IMG/VR virus record: IMGVR_UViG_2663763232_000016
DNA from: a virus
Lineage: Duplodnaviria; Heunggongvirae; Uroviricota; Caudoviricetes
Length of the DNA: 10,031 bases
Direction: 5' to 3' (one strand)
The notes under the pieces are model-generated. The model saw only the letters and a program-made list of their open reading frames with translations, had not been told where the DNA came from and made no database searches. Numbering within the stretch: the stretch's first letter is position 1; the number at the start of each line of letters is the position of its first letter. The position numbers and the translations under genes were made by a program. Below, piece by piece: positions 1 through 7,594 of this stretch.

Positions 1-360
1 TACTCTGCCAGCCTGACCAACTTCACTTCGTCAATACGGTTCTCGCTATACGCTTACCGTACAAAAGCACTAGCTCTGGCTGAACTTTATAAAGCTAACG
101 AGGTTGCAGCCGATGACAAAATTGGTGGTCGTAAGGTGGAAGTAACCGGAACTGTACAGGACATAACAAAAAATTTCACGGATGATGTAGTTCTTAAACT
201 TGAAAGCGGTAATCGCTTCATGCCAGTCAGTCTGAGTATGTCTGATTCAGAAAAGGCGAAAGCGTCGAAATTGGAAAAGGGCCAGAAGATCACCGTGACT
301 TGCGAAAAGATGCAGTTTTTCATCGGTGCACCGTCTGGCGGAAACTGCACCTTTAACTAA
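1..360 (+). CDS. C-terminal part of an OB-fold (tRNA_anti-like / BOF-type) protein; gene start lies upstream of the window
   Basis: Frame 1 is open from base 1 to TAA at 358-360 (the ORF track shows only the part from GTG 136). The translation ...ELYKANEVAADDKIGGRKVEVTGTVQDI...KGQKITVTCEK has the spacing typical of small OB-fold proteins. Family call is pattern recognition only. Confidence 0.55.
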   Translation, partial: YSASLTNFTSSIRFSLYAYRTKALALAELYKANEVAADDKIGGRKVEVTGTVQDITKNFTDDVVLKLESGNRFMPVSLSMSDSEKAKASKLEKGQKITVTCEKMQFFIGAPSGGNCTFN

Positions 361-375
361 TCTGTCATACGGTCT

Positions 376-394
376 GCCGGGTAAAATTCCCGGC
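376..394. repeat. Hairpin-forming inverted repeat GCCGGG-TAAAATT-CCCGGC just after the OB-fold gene stop; no adjacent T-tract
   Basis: Perfect 6-bp arms read directly from the sequence, 16 nt downstream of the TAA at 358-360. A terminator role is not supported by a U-run. Confidence 0.3.
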
Positions 395-1653
395 AACTCA
401 TCTACCCCACCTCATGGATGTCCCTGCTATTTGACGATCCAGCTTACATGCTCTTGCTGAAAATATCTTACGGCTCTCTGGGCCAGGTGCCTGACGTGAC
501 AGACGATCCCTCAATAATTTCTTATCTTCTTGCTGAAATATCGCAGAGCCGACAGGCCCAGTAACGTATTTCACCACTTCATCCCGTAGAGCATCACAGC
601 AGGGAAAACTTGCCGCAATAGGGCATTCTACTGTTCGTTTTCTGGTCTATTTAACATAATGGTTCTTATAAGTACTTGACTGGAATGGTCAGGTATTACT
701 TTTCGGAACGTTGACGCGAAGCTGGGTACACAACAGCGATTTCACCAACAGAAGGAAAGCATTCAGGAGGATTCGAGGTGAGTTCTCTTGTTCAAGGATT
801 TTGGATGAGTTTGCCTGGTCACCACACAATTTCAGGTTTCAGACCTTTGAGGCTGCCAGTGTGTCAAACGCCATAAAAGCACTTTTTTCTGTTTACCAGC
901 AGACACAAAGCCACTACACCGACGTTACCACAACGGGCTGAAGGTCTGCCATCACCTGGTGATATTCACGAGCCTGACCGCCACTGTTTCGTACCATTTC
1001 CCAAAACAATGTAAACAGCCAACCCACCAATCCCTTCTACGCTCCACCAGAAGCGCTACAGTGCGTTATCCCCCCAGATGTAAACTGACGTACCGATAAT
1101 CCACGACATCCCACAGCGCGATACAGGAACCACCAGAGGACATCTGTTTTAGTTTTAATGTGTCTTTTTTATTTTTTGTAAAAAGATGGTTCAGAAAGTG
1201 GGTTGTGTTTAGCACCCATTCAATTGGCGGATTCGCCTAGGCCGCGCCATTACTGGCTTCGCTGCATGCACCACACCATAACGCCCATAGGTACAAACTT
1301 GTGATTTGTACGTTTAGTGACCACTTTAGCATGATTAACTACGGATTATAGGCTATTTGAGGTGTATTTAATCTACTTTGTTCGCAGGATAGCCAATGAT
1401 AAAGATCATCCACCAAATTTTCACAGAAAACTAGTATAGGGTTGCCAATCTTCAGCCAGCGCGGAGAATGGTCGGTATTTTCAGATGAAAGCGGGGGAGG
1501 GAGATGATCAATTCTCGGAGCGGATCAGGTGCCTGGACCGCCTCAGGTGTTGCCGTCGATTGTGCCATTGAAGCATGACGCGGACATATCAAACCAGAAG
1601 TTTTCATCGGTGCGTTGGTCGCTTGGATGACTTGGAAAATTCTCACCCGGTGA

Positions 1654-1743
1654 TACCTGCACGATTTTCGTGTACCCACCCCCTCGATTTTCGAGCACCT
1701 ACCTGCACGATTTTCGAGTAGGGGGTAGTCGATTTTCGAGCAC
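1654..1743. repeat. Iteron-like array: four direct repeats of core CGATTTTCG(A/T)G, organised as a tandem ~46-bp duplication, followed by an AT-rich tract
   Basis: Core copies start at 1662, 1685, 1708 and 1730 (spacing 23, 23, 22 bp, about two helical turns). Units 1654-1699 and 1700-1745 are near-identical except the centre (CCCACCCCC versus TAGGGGGTA). AT-rich run AATAATAATAAATAACAAT begins at 1744. Confidence 0.6.
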
Positions 1744-2246
1744 AATAATAATAAATAACAATCTCCATAAAAGAACTGATAAGAAAAGTACCTCCAGGTC
1801 GAGAGCACGGAATGACGGTTGGTCATTCTGTTAGTTTTAATAGTGATGCTTCTGCATCGCTCCGCTCTGCAATGGCTGGTCAGCCACTTCAGATATGTTT
1901 GTGGTAAGAAGCTCACCTTTGCTGACGTGAAACAGCCGCGCCATCTCGTGACCTTCTAACCCTCGTTAACACATCGCTACGCTCTGTGACTCGGGTAACC
2001 CGACAGGCTACGCCAGAGAGCTACGCTCTCACTCTGTGTGGAAGCTGCGAACTTGTTCGCCATATGTGGATCGGAGCACGGCGGAGAGGACTGCTTTGCA
2101 TCTGTCCGGTTCACTCCGGGGCGGCGCGGGTTGTCTAACTGACTTCCTCAGCGCCTCTCTACGGCGTTTAAATGGTGTGGGTAACACGATGGTACTGCTA
2201 TAACGACGAGTCCCCGCAGAACGCGTCACAGAACGATCTAGCACTA

Positions 2247-2275
2247 TTGACAAAGATTTTTTAAACTTGTAATGT
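2247..2275 (+). promoter_or_regulatory. Sigma70-like promoter TTGACA-17-TAATGT
   Basis: -35 TTGACA at 2247-2252, 17-nt spacer, -10 TAATGT at 2270-2275; lies upstream of the cluster beginning at 2492. Confidence 0.45.
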
Positions 2276-2317
2276 TATGGTGATTATTATGCATTATAAA
2301 ATGCTACATGATAATGA

Positions 2318-2346
2318 TTGCTATTTACAAACAAATCTGATACAAT
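2318..2346 (+). promoter_or_regulatory. Sigma70-like promoter TTGCTA-17-TACAAT
   Basis: -35 TTGCTA at 2318-2323, 17-nt spacer, -10 TACAAT at 2341-2346; about 145 nt upstream of the ATG at 2492. Confidence 0.45.
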
Positions 2347-2491
2347 AGATTTTAGTAGGGTAATGATTTACCTACGAATCCTCGAATAATTCTGCCGTCA
2401 TCACGACATTCCTTGTCAACCTCACGGCATTACAAAATGGGTTACAAATAGAACCTCCGCGAATAATTCTTTTAACAGAACGGAGAACCCA

Positions 2492-2938
2492 ATGAATAAA
2501 CCAAAATCCCAACGTCTCGACCTGACCACTATGACAGGCGAGCAGATCGCTGATCTCATCCTGAACGGCAAATACACCAAATCAGCTTTGTGGGCCTTCA
2601 TTAGTAGAAACGGCGGGGCAGACGCTGTACATGCTCGACTTCCTCAGATCGCCGTCTGCCTGCAAATCCTGAAGCAGGCGCGGAAGAAAGCGAAGCAGGC
2701 ACGAGTGGTTAAGACGGTGCTGAAGCCTCTGAGCAATAAATATGCTGAGGGTAATTCCTTAACGCAAATCCTGAATCCTGTGTTACAGGGCTACCGCGAG
2801 CTATATAGAGAAAAACTGAATCTGGACCTGACACCAGAACAGGTGATCTTGCTCTTGATCGCCACTGATGGTGTGGAACGTCTGGAATCCTACGGTTACA
2901 CCTGTGCGGGTGACTTCCCGACCGCAACCGCAGTCTAA
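2492..2938 (+). CDS. Hypothetical protein, 148 aa, first gene of the cluster
   Basis: ATG at 2492 preceded by GGAGA at 2482-2486 (5-nt spacing); TAA at 2936-2938. No family recognised. Confidence 0.8.
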   Translation: MNKPKSQRLDLTTMTGEQIADLILNGKYTKSALWAFISRNGGADAVHARLPQIAVCLQILKQARKKAKQARVVKTVLKPLSNKYAEGNSLTQILNPVLQGYRELYREKLNLDLTPEQVILLLIATDGVERLESYGYTCAGDFPTATAV

Positions 2939-3025
2939 CAACACTGAACAAAACCTGAGCCGGTTCGCCTTTGGGCGACCACTGGCGGGAGGTCTTTTGT
3001 ACCTAAAACGAGGAGGACAACTTGA

Positions 3026-3229
3026 ATGAACATCAAATTTCAACAGCACGTTTATCAGGCTCTACTAGCTGAGGCCAAAAGGCAGGACAAGCCCCTGGCA
3101 CGGCTCTGTAATGAAATCTTGGAGACTGCCGCGAACATTTTCGACAACACACCAGACATCAAACCAGCATTAGCCAGCAAGGCGACACTTTACGGAGAAC
3201 AGAATGAGCAAACAGAACCGGGACAGTAA
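3026..3229 (+). CDS. Small DNA-binding protein, ribbon-helix-helix-like (CopG/Arc/ParG-type fold suspected), 67 aa
   Basis: AGGAGG at 3011-3016, 9 nt before ATG 3026. N-terminal short strand (NIKFQQ) followed by two predicted helices (HVYQALLAEAKRQD / PLARLCNEILETA) matches RHH layout. Not confirmed by search. Confidence 0.7.
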   Translation: MNIKFQQHVYQALLAEAKRQDKPLARLCNEILETAANIFDNTPDIKPALASKATLYGEQNEQTEPGQ

Positions 3230-3950
3230 GGATTTTGTAAAACTTGAATACAGCATTCTCGACCTTACCGAGTACAACGGCCTGACCATTAATGGCAACA
3301 TGAAAATTTTGCTATCTCTGGTTTACAGCTATGACAAAACAGGCAGAACTTATTACGAGTCTGTTGGCATGATTGGTAAACGTTGCGGCTGCAAGCCCGA
3401 AGCCGTTCGTAATTTCAGGAACAAGCTTCGTGAAGCGGGAATGATCACTTTTGAGGAAGAGCAGGGGAGAACACACAAAATTTCTCCGGTCGAACTCGAT
3501 CCATCGTTGATGGTTTTTCTTGACGATCATAATTCCACGCAGGTGAGTAATAGAAAAGTGGAAACCGAGGAGAGCGGTAAGAATGAGCAGAAACGTGATG
3601 TGGAATCTTTCGTGGTGGAACCTGCCGCGCCTGTTGCTGGAAAACCAGACGGCCTACCTGTTGTGGATATTCCTGTCGATGCTGATGTACCTGCCAATGA
3701 TGATGCGGTGAACGCTTCTGATAGGTATACCGATGAACAATTAGGCACCAAGCTGAGGCGATGGCGCAATTGGGGACTGGATGAAGAAGCAAAAGCGTTT
3801 TGTCTCTCTCATGGTATCAGCAGCGATGAGGACAGCATGAATCTGTTTATTCAAAATTATCATGTACCCGCACCGGAGTCAGTAGAACAACAGGTTAACG
3901 CCCCAGCAGATGAGCTGCCGCTTGATTATGATGACTCGATCCCTTTCTGA
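3204..3950 (+). CDS. Protein with N-terminal winged-helix-like DNA-binding domain (resembling replisome-organizer / replication-initiator N-domains) and an acidic, low-complexity C-terminal half, 248 aa
   Basis: GGAGA at 3194-3198, 5 nt before ATG 3204; the start overlaps the 3-prime end of the RHH gene by 26 nt. Segment KILLSLVYSYDKTGRTYYESVGMIGKRCGCKPEAVRNFRNKLREAGMITFEE looks like helix-turn-wing. C-terminal half is rich in D/E/P. Confidence 0.8.
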   Translation: MSKQNRDSKDFVKLEYSILDLTEYNGLTINGNMKILLSLVYSYDKTGRTYYESVGMIGKRCGCKPEAVRNFRNKLREAGMITFEEEQGRTHKISPVELDPSLMVFLDDHNSTQVSNRKVETEESGKNEQKRDVESFVVEPAAPVAGKPDGLPVVDIPVDADVPANDDAVNASDRYTDEQLGTKLRRWRNWGLDEEAKAFCLSHGISSDEDSMNLFIQNYHVPAPESVEQQVNAPADELPLDYDDSIPF

Positions 3951-3964
3951 TACTGGAGGAATAA

Positions 3965-4486
3965 TTGTGTGATGTTGCCAACAGCCTGACGGCTGAAACC
4001 CTTACGGTGCGAAGCACTTTACCAGAGGTAAACAAATCCGGTGCTGACGCCCCTGATTTGTCCCGTTTTTACAAGGCCCGCTCTCGTGATACCTCGTTGA
4101 TCGAGACTGCTAAAAAAATGCTCGTTCACGGTTACACCCCAGGCAAAACGGCGCTGCTCCTACGCTTGCCGTATGACCTGGTAAAAGGCCTTTACGATAA
4201 CTCGTGGAATCCTCGCTGTCGCAAGATAAGTAATACCAGTCAGTACGCTACTAAGCGAATGGCCCGAATGTACTACGAATCCGGCGCAATGCTGGCAAAA
4301 ATCTGTGCTGACCTTCAACTGCCTCTATTCACTGTGGTAACGCTGCTCAAGCGTGAAGGAATCACTGAAAAAGAAATGGCATCTCGAATGCCTGTTAGTG
4401 ATGATCCGTTGTTCATTGAGTACCGGAAGACTATTTCACGCAAGCAGGCAGCGCCCCAACGCCGATCACCACGACTGCATTATTAA
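3965..4486 (+). CDS. Hypothetical protein with two HTH-like segments, 173 aa; start codon uncertain
   Basis: ORF runs from TTG 3965 to TAA 4484-4486; GGAGGA at 3955-3960 sits only 4 nt upstream. HTH-like stretches: SLIETAKKMLVHGYTPGKTALLLRL and GAMLAKICADLQLPLFTVVTLLKREG. GYTPGKT is not a canonical Walker A motif. Confidence 0.65.
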   Translation: MCDVANSLTAETLTVRSTLPEVNKSGADAPDLSRFYKARSRDTSLIETAKKMLVHGYTPGKTALLLRLPYDLVKGLYDNSWNPRCRKISNTSQYATKRMARMYYESGAMLAKICADLQLPLFTVVTLLKREGITEKEMASRMPVSDDPLFIEYRKTISRKQAAPQRRSPRLHY

Positions 4487-4600
4487 TACCCCAGCCGGGG
4501 AAACTTGACCCTATTTGAATATTTATCCTTTCTGCCGTTAGCGGTAGCTGTTCTCCAATGGCTTCGTGACGGCCTGGACCTCTACAGGAAACATAACAAT

Positions 4601-4933
4601 ATGAATAACATTGAAGCAATCCGCGCCAGTATCCGGGAAGCAATGACCGCAGGAACAGACGAACCGGAAGATCTGAACAAATCCGCTGAAGAAGCATTGG
4701 CGGAGGCGGTGCAGAGTTACCTGTCCGCTTCGACTGCAACAGCCAGCGAGCCAGCCCCAAAAAGTGGTAAAACCATCAAGGAAAAAGGGATCGCTCTGTG
4801 CCACCAAGCCCAAGGTTATAGCGCTAATCTGCGTCCGGTAAGTCTCATGATGAAGGCAAGTCTTGATGAGCTAACACCTGAACAACGCGCCGCGCTTGAG
4901 CGTCTGGGTTACGATATCAATCAGGGGGTGTGA
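4601..4933 (+). CDS. Hypothetical protein, about 110 aa from ATG 4601; the in-frame TTG at 4505 would add 32 hydrophobic residues
   Basis: AGGAAA at 4585-4590 lies 10 nt before ATG 4601. The TGA stop at 4931-4933 overlaps the ATG of the next gene (TGATG). Alternative longer ORF from TTG 4505 as given in the ORF track. Confidence 0.6.
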   Translation: MNNIEAIRASIREAMTAGTDEPEDLNKSAEEALAEAVQSYLSASTATASEPAPKSGKTIKEKGIALCHQAQGYSANLRPVSLMMKASLDELTPEQRAALERLGYDINQGV

Positions 4934-7074
4934 TGTCTGGCACAAATAAGATTGTTACCAGCACCGTTAATGAAATCTCGTGGATCACAGACGATGCCTC
5001 ATATCAAAAAGCCAAAAAGAAGATTATCTCGCTTAAGGCTGCTCATGAGAAACCAGCTAAAGCGCTTGAGAAGGCCCAGAAGCGGACCGTCCAGAGTGAA
5101 GGCAAAGCAGCACTAGCCGCAGCGAAAGCCCAGACAGCGAAGCTACGCCAGGCTGAACAATTGTCAAAACAGCAACAGAAACAAGCTCAGATACAAGCCA
5201 AAATGGAACGGGATGCAGTCTCCCACGCTAATAAAATGACCTCATTACAGGCGCGTCAGTTATCCCAGCAGGAACAGGCCGCACGGCAGAATGCCAGACT
5301 AGCAGCGATATCTGACAAGGTGAGACAGGCGAGTCGCTCCCGTGCAATGACCTACAATCCCAACATGCCTGGAGTTCACTCCGATCCATCTCTGGTGGCA
5401 CGTCAAAATGCAGCGATGAACCGTGGTCACGGCGCTGTTGCTGCTGACATCGCAGCCACCAAAAAGGCGATGGCCTTGGAGGAGAAGCGTCAGCGTGAGA
5501 AAGAGGCAGGCCTTAAGCGCGAGGTGACTTATTACAACAGTTTGCGCCGTAGCGCTCTGACTCTGGCAAACGTGAACGGCGCTGACGTTGCAACCCGGTA
5601 CAAAGCCATCAGTGCAGCAAAAGAGGCACTTAAAGCCCAGAAAGAAGAGCGCTATACGGTTGAAGAGACCCGCTTCGAAATGGCTCGTATCACCACCGAA
5701 TTACGCAAGCAGGCTCGTCTGCAACAGCGTATGACCCGTGAGCAGAAAGCCGCAGGTGTTCGTGCTGGTCGTGTACGCACAGAAAGCCGTGGTGGTAGAG
5801 CTGGTCTTGCAGCTGCTGGTGTTATTGGTGGTGCGTCGTTAGTGGGTAGTATGGGCGTTTCTCGTGTCGGTCAGACCCTCCAGGGAAGCCTTGAGCGCTC
5901 TCGCGATGTGAAAAAACTCCAGCAGTACGGGATCAGCAACCTTGAGTTCGCTGCACTTCAGGATCTCTCGATGAGCCGTGTTGGTTACTCACTGAGTGCT
6001 GACAAGCTGGCTGACCTCAACAAGGACACAACCGAAAAGGCCGGGGAATTGTTAAACACCGGCTCTTTCAAACGTAACAAGAAAACTGGACAGGTGAATT
6101 TCAGCGGCGGTGGCGAGTTCGCAGATATCATCAACAATGTGCTGACCTCCACCAACGGTAACCAGAAGGTAGCACAGAAGGTGATCGGAGAACTGCAAAA
6201 GCTGGATTTTCCGACCTTCATCACTTACCTGAAACAGTTGCAGAAAACTTTCAAATGGACGGACAACCAGACCCGGCACCTGGCTGAGGCTGTGAATGAT
6301 GGTTCGGTCTTCCTCGAAGTGTTCAATGATGAGGGGCAGGGACTTATCCAGCGTATGCATCAACTCTCTTCTGAAGGATGGACCCTATCTGATGCGCAGC
6401 AAGCCAACCTCGATAAACTGGCGGCGTTAGGTGCTGAGTACAACCGAGTGCAAACCAGCCTTGCAGATCATTTCTCAGCCTCGTTTGTTGAAGGCCTGGG
6501 GCAGTACGCTGCCAATACTGAAACTCTACGTCAGAAGATGACTGGACTGATCCCAATTTCCGATGCCCTCGGCGTTGCCCTTGGTGAGCTAACCACCAAC
6601 ATTCTCTCCTTCTCTGGTCGAGTCGGTGAAGAACTTAAGAAAGGCGCGACATTGCCGGATGCGGTGTATGCGAGCGTGGTAGATGAATCTGCAAACGGTG
6701 CTGCCGATTGGATTAAGGAAAAGACAGGCTTTGATCCACGTAGCATCGGTCAGACGCTTAAGCAGATTTACCCGTGGCTGGATAGTTCAGCACCGAGCAA
6801 TATTGGCTCAGGCACGGCGTATAACGATCCAGCGCTAGCGTTGAATGTTCCTAGCCTGAACTATCTGACACCCCAGCAACCGACGTTTACGGTTCCGACA
6901 ATTGACAGCATGACGCTGCGACAGCCGATTCCTGTCAGTGTTACCGGGCAAGCGAACATTAATCAGCAGATGGATGTGTTTGTCCATGACGATAAGATCG
7001 CAGGGCTGGTTGATACCAAGATAAGGGAGAACAACCACGCGCAGAATAACCTCATCCTTGGGATTGCAGACTAA
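4933..7074 (+). CDS. Large protein (about 713 aa) with N-terminal A/K/Q-rich coiled-coil region, central glycine-zipper hydrophobic segment and a C-terminal domain of about 400 aa; function unknown (virion structural, scaffold-like or tape-measure-like are possibilities)
   Basis: ATG 4933 coupled to the upstream stop (TGATG) with AGGGGG at 4923-4928; a GTG at 4930 is the ORF-track start. TAA at 7072-7074. Hydrophobic segment GRAGLAAAGVIGGASLVGSMGV. No P-loop or catalytic motif recognised. Confidence 0.9.
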   Translation: MSGTNKIVTSTVNEISWITDDASYQKAKKKIISLKAAHEKPAKALEKAQKRTVQSEGKAALAAAKAQTAKLRQAEQLSKQQQKQAQIQAKMERDAVSHANKMTSLQARQLSQQEQAARQNARLAAISDKVRQASRSRAMTYNPNMPGVHSDPSLVARQNAAMNRGHGAVAADIAATKKAMALEEKRQREKEAGLKREVTYYNSLRRSALTLANVNGADVATRYKAISAAKEALKAQKEERYTVEETRFEMARITTELRKQARLQQRMTREQKAAGVRAGRVRTESRGGRAGLAAAGVIGGASLVGSMGVSRVGQTLQGSLERSRDVKKLQQYGISNLEFAALQDLSMSRVGYSLSADKLADLNKDTTEKAGELLNTGSFKRNKKTGQVNFSGGGEFADIINNVLTSTNGNQKVAQKVIGELQKLDFPTFITYLKQLQKTFKWTDNQTRHLAEAVNDGSVFLEVFNDEGQGLIQRMHQLSSEGWTLSDAQQANLDKLAALGAEYNRVQTSLADHFSASFVEGLGQYAANTETLRQKMTGLIPISDALGVALGELTTNILSFSGRVGEELKKGATLPDAVYASVVDESANGAADWIKEKTGFDPRSIGQTLKQIYPWLDSSAPSNIGSGTAYNDPALALNVPSLNYLTPQQPTFTVPTIDSMTLRQPIPVSVTGQANINQQMDVFVHDDKIAGLVDTKIRENNHAQNNLILGIAD

Positions 7075-7158
7075 AATCATCGTTCCGTCGAAAATGGCGC
7101 AGCAAATTGGCCCACACGAGAGAGGGCCGTTGAATTCGCCATGTTATTGTTTTTGTTG

Positions 7159-7187
7159 TTGCAAATGATAATCATTCGTGTTAAAAT
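7159..7187 (+). promoter_or_regulatory. Strong sigma70-like promoter TTGCAA-17-TAAAAT with extended -10 TG
   Basis: -35 TTGCAA at 7159-7164, 17-nt spacer, TG at 7179-7180, -10 TAAAAT at 7182-7187, set in an AT-rich stretch; predicted start near 7195. Confidence 0.4.
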
Positions 7188-7243
7188 AATATACAAGGTG
7201 AATTACAACAGCCAAATGTTTTCCCTTCTCCTTAGGAATCAAA

Positions 7244-7270
7244 GTGCGCTTTTCCCAGAGCGCCTTTTCT
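7244..7270 (+). terminator. Weak intrinsic-terminator-like hairpin about 50-75 nt downstream of the 7159-7187 promoter
   Basis: GCGCT (7246-7250) pairs with AGCGC (7259-7263) around an 8-nt loop, followed by CTTTTCT (7264-7270). Short stem, so low confidence. Confidence 0.3.
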
Positions 7271-7532
7271 CATACAGCCAATATTCGCACCCTCTCACGG
7301 TAAGGTTAGGCCATTGCCGCTGGCTGTATCAGAAAAGATTTTCTCCGACCTTGGATCGGGGATTTGCCAAAGCCTTTCATCCTCGGAAGGCCGTCTTGCC
7401 AGACGAAAACTGGCATTGAGTGCGGCAGCGAAGATATGAGGTCTCCCGCTGCTGTGCTCCCTCATTCCTGAAGCGTGACCCGCCGATCATGCTTTCCAAA
7501 TCTCTCCATCAGAAAATACCATCGTGAAGCTA

Positions 7533-7552
7533 TTAGCAACGCATGTTGCTAA
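7533..7552. repeat. 20-bp palindrome TTAGCAAC-GCAT-GTTGCTAA (candidate operator or RNA hairpin)
   Basis: Perfect 8-bp inverted arms with a 4-bp spacer, read directly from the sequence; sits between the promoter at 7159 and the terminators at 7595-7678. Confidence 0.5.
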
Positions 7553-7594
7553 CCCGTAAACGGGTGAATTTCATCATCTCCGATGATCTACCAA

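Noticed and set aside
87-350. Minus-strand ORF of 87 aa
   Set aside because: Lies entirely antisense to the OB-fold coding frame, which is the frame with protein-like sequence; treated as a shadow ORF.
711-941. Plus-strand ORF of 76 aa
   Set aside because: Starts at TTG with no Shine-Dalgarno and has Arg/Ser/Phe-rich composition unlike the real genes here; probably non-coding.
1060-1110. Possible DnaA boxes (TTATCCCCC, TAATCCACG)
   Set aside because: Each differs from TTATCCACA at two positions; matches of this quality occur by chance and do not support an origin call on their own.
1139-1177. Weak hairpin followed by TTTTTTATTTTTT
   Set aside because: The stem is only 4-5 bp with a wobble pair and a 15-nt loop, and no upstream gene needs terminating here; noted as T-rich DNA only.
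1452-1916. Minus-strand ORF of 154 aa
   Set aside because: Spans the iteron array and AT-rich tract, is rich in Cys/Arg/Trp and has no evident ribosome-binding site; most likely a chance ORF over regulatory DNA.
2029-2253. Minus-strand ORF of 74 aa, Arg/Pro-rich
   Set aside because: Composition is typical of a GC-rich out-of-frame read, and it overlaps the -35 of the 2247 promoter; not supported as a gene, though a small basic protein cannot be fully excluded.
2709-3049. Minus-strand ORFs antisense to the 148-aa and RHH genes
   Set aside because: Shadow ORFs of well-supported plus-strand genes.
3312-3792. Three minus-strand ORFs antisense to the 248-aa gene
   Set aside because: Shadow ORFs with His/Gln/Pro-rich low-complexity translations.
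4118-4140. P-loop-like GYTPGKT in the 173-aa protein (and APKSGKT in the next ORF)
   Set aside because: Only three residues separate the glycines, not the four of a Walker A motif (GxxxxGK[ST]); more consistent with an HTH turn than an NTPase.
4431-4813. Minus-strand ORFs of 109 and 91 aa
   Set aside because: Antisense to the plus-strand genes at 3965-4933, with no ribosome-binding sites and Cys/Gly-rich composition.
5985-7080. Five minus-strand ORFs inside the 714-aa gene
   Set aside because: All are antisense to a long, continuous, well-supported coding frame.
7141-7419. Plus-strand ORF of 92 aa
   Set aside because: Begins upstream of the predicted promoter, starts with a Leu/Ile/Phe low-complexity run from AT-rich DNA, and runs through a terminator-like hairpin; more likely non-coding leader.
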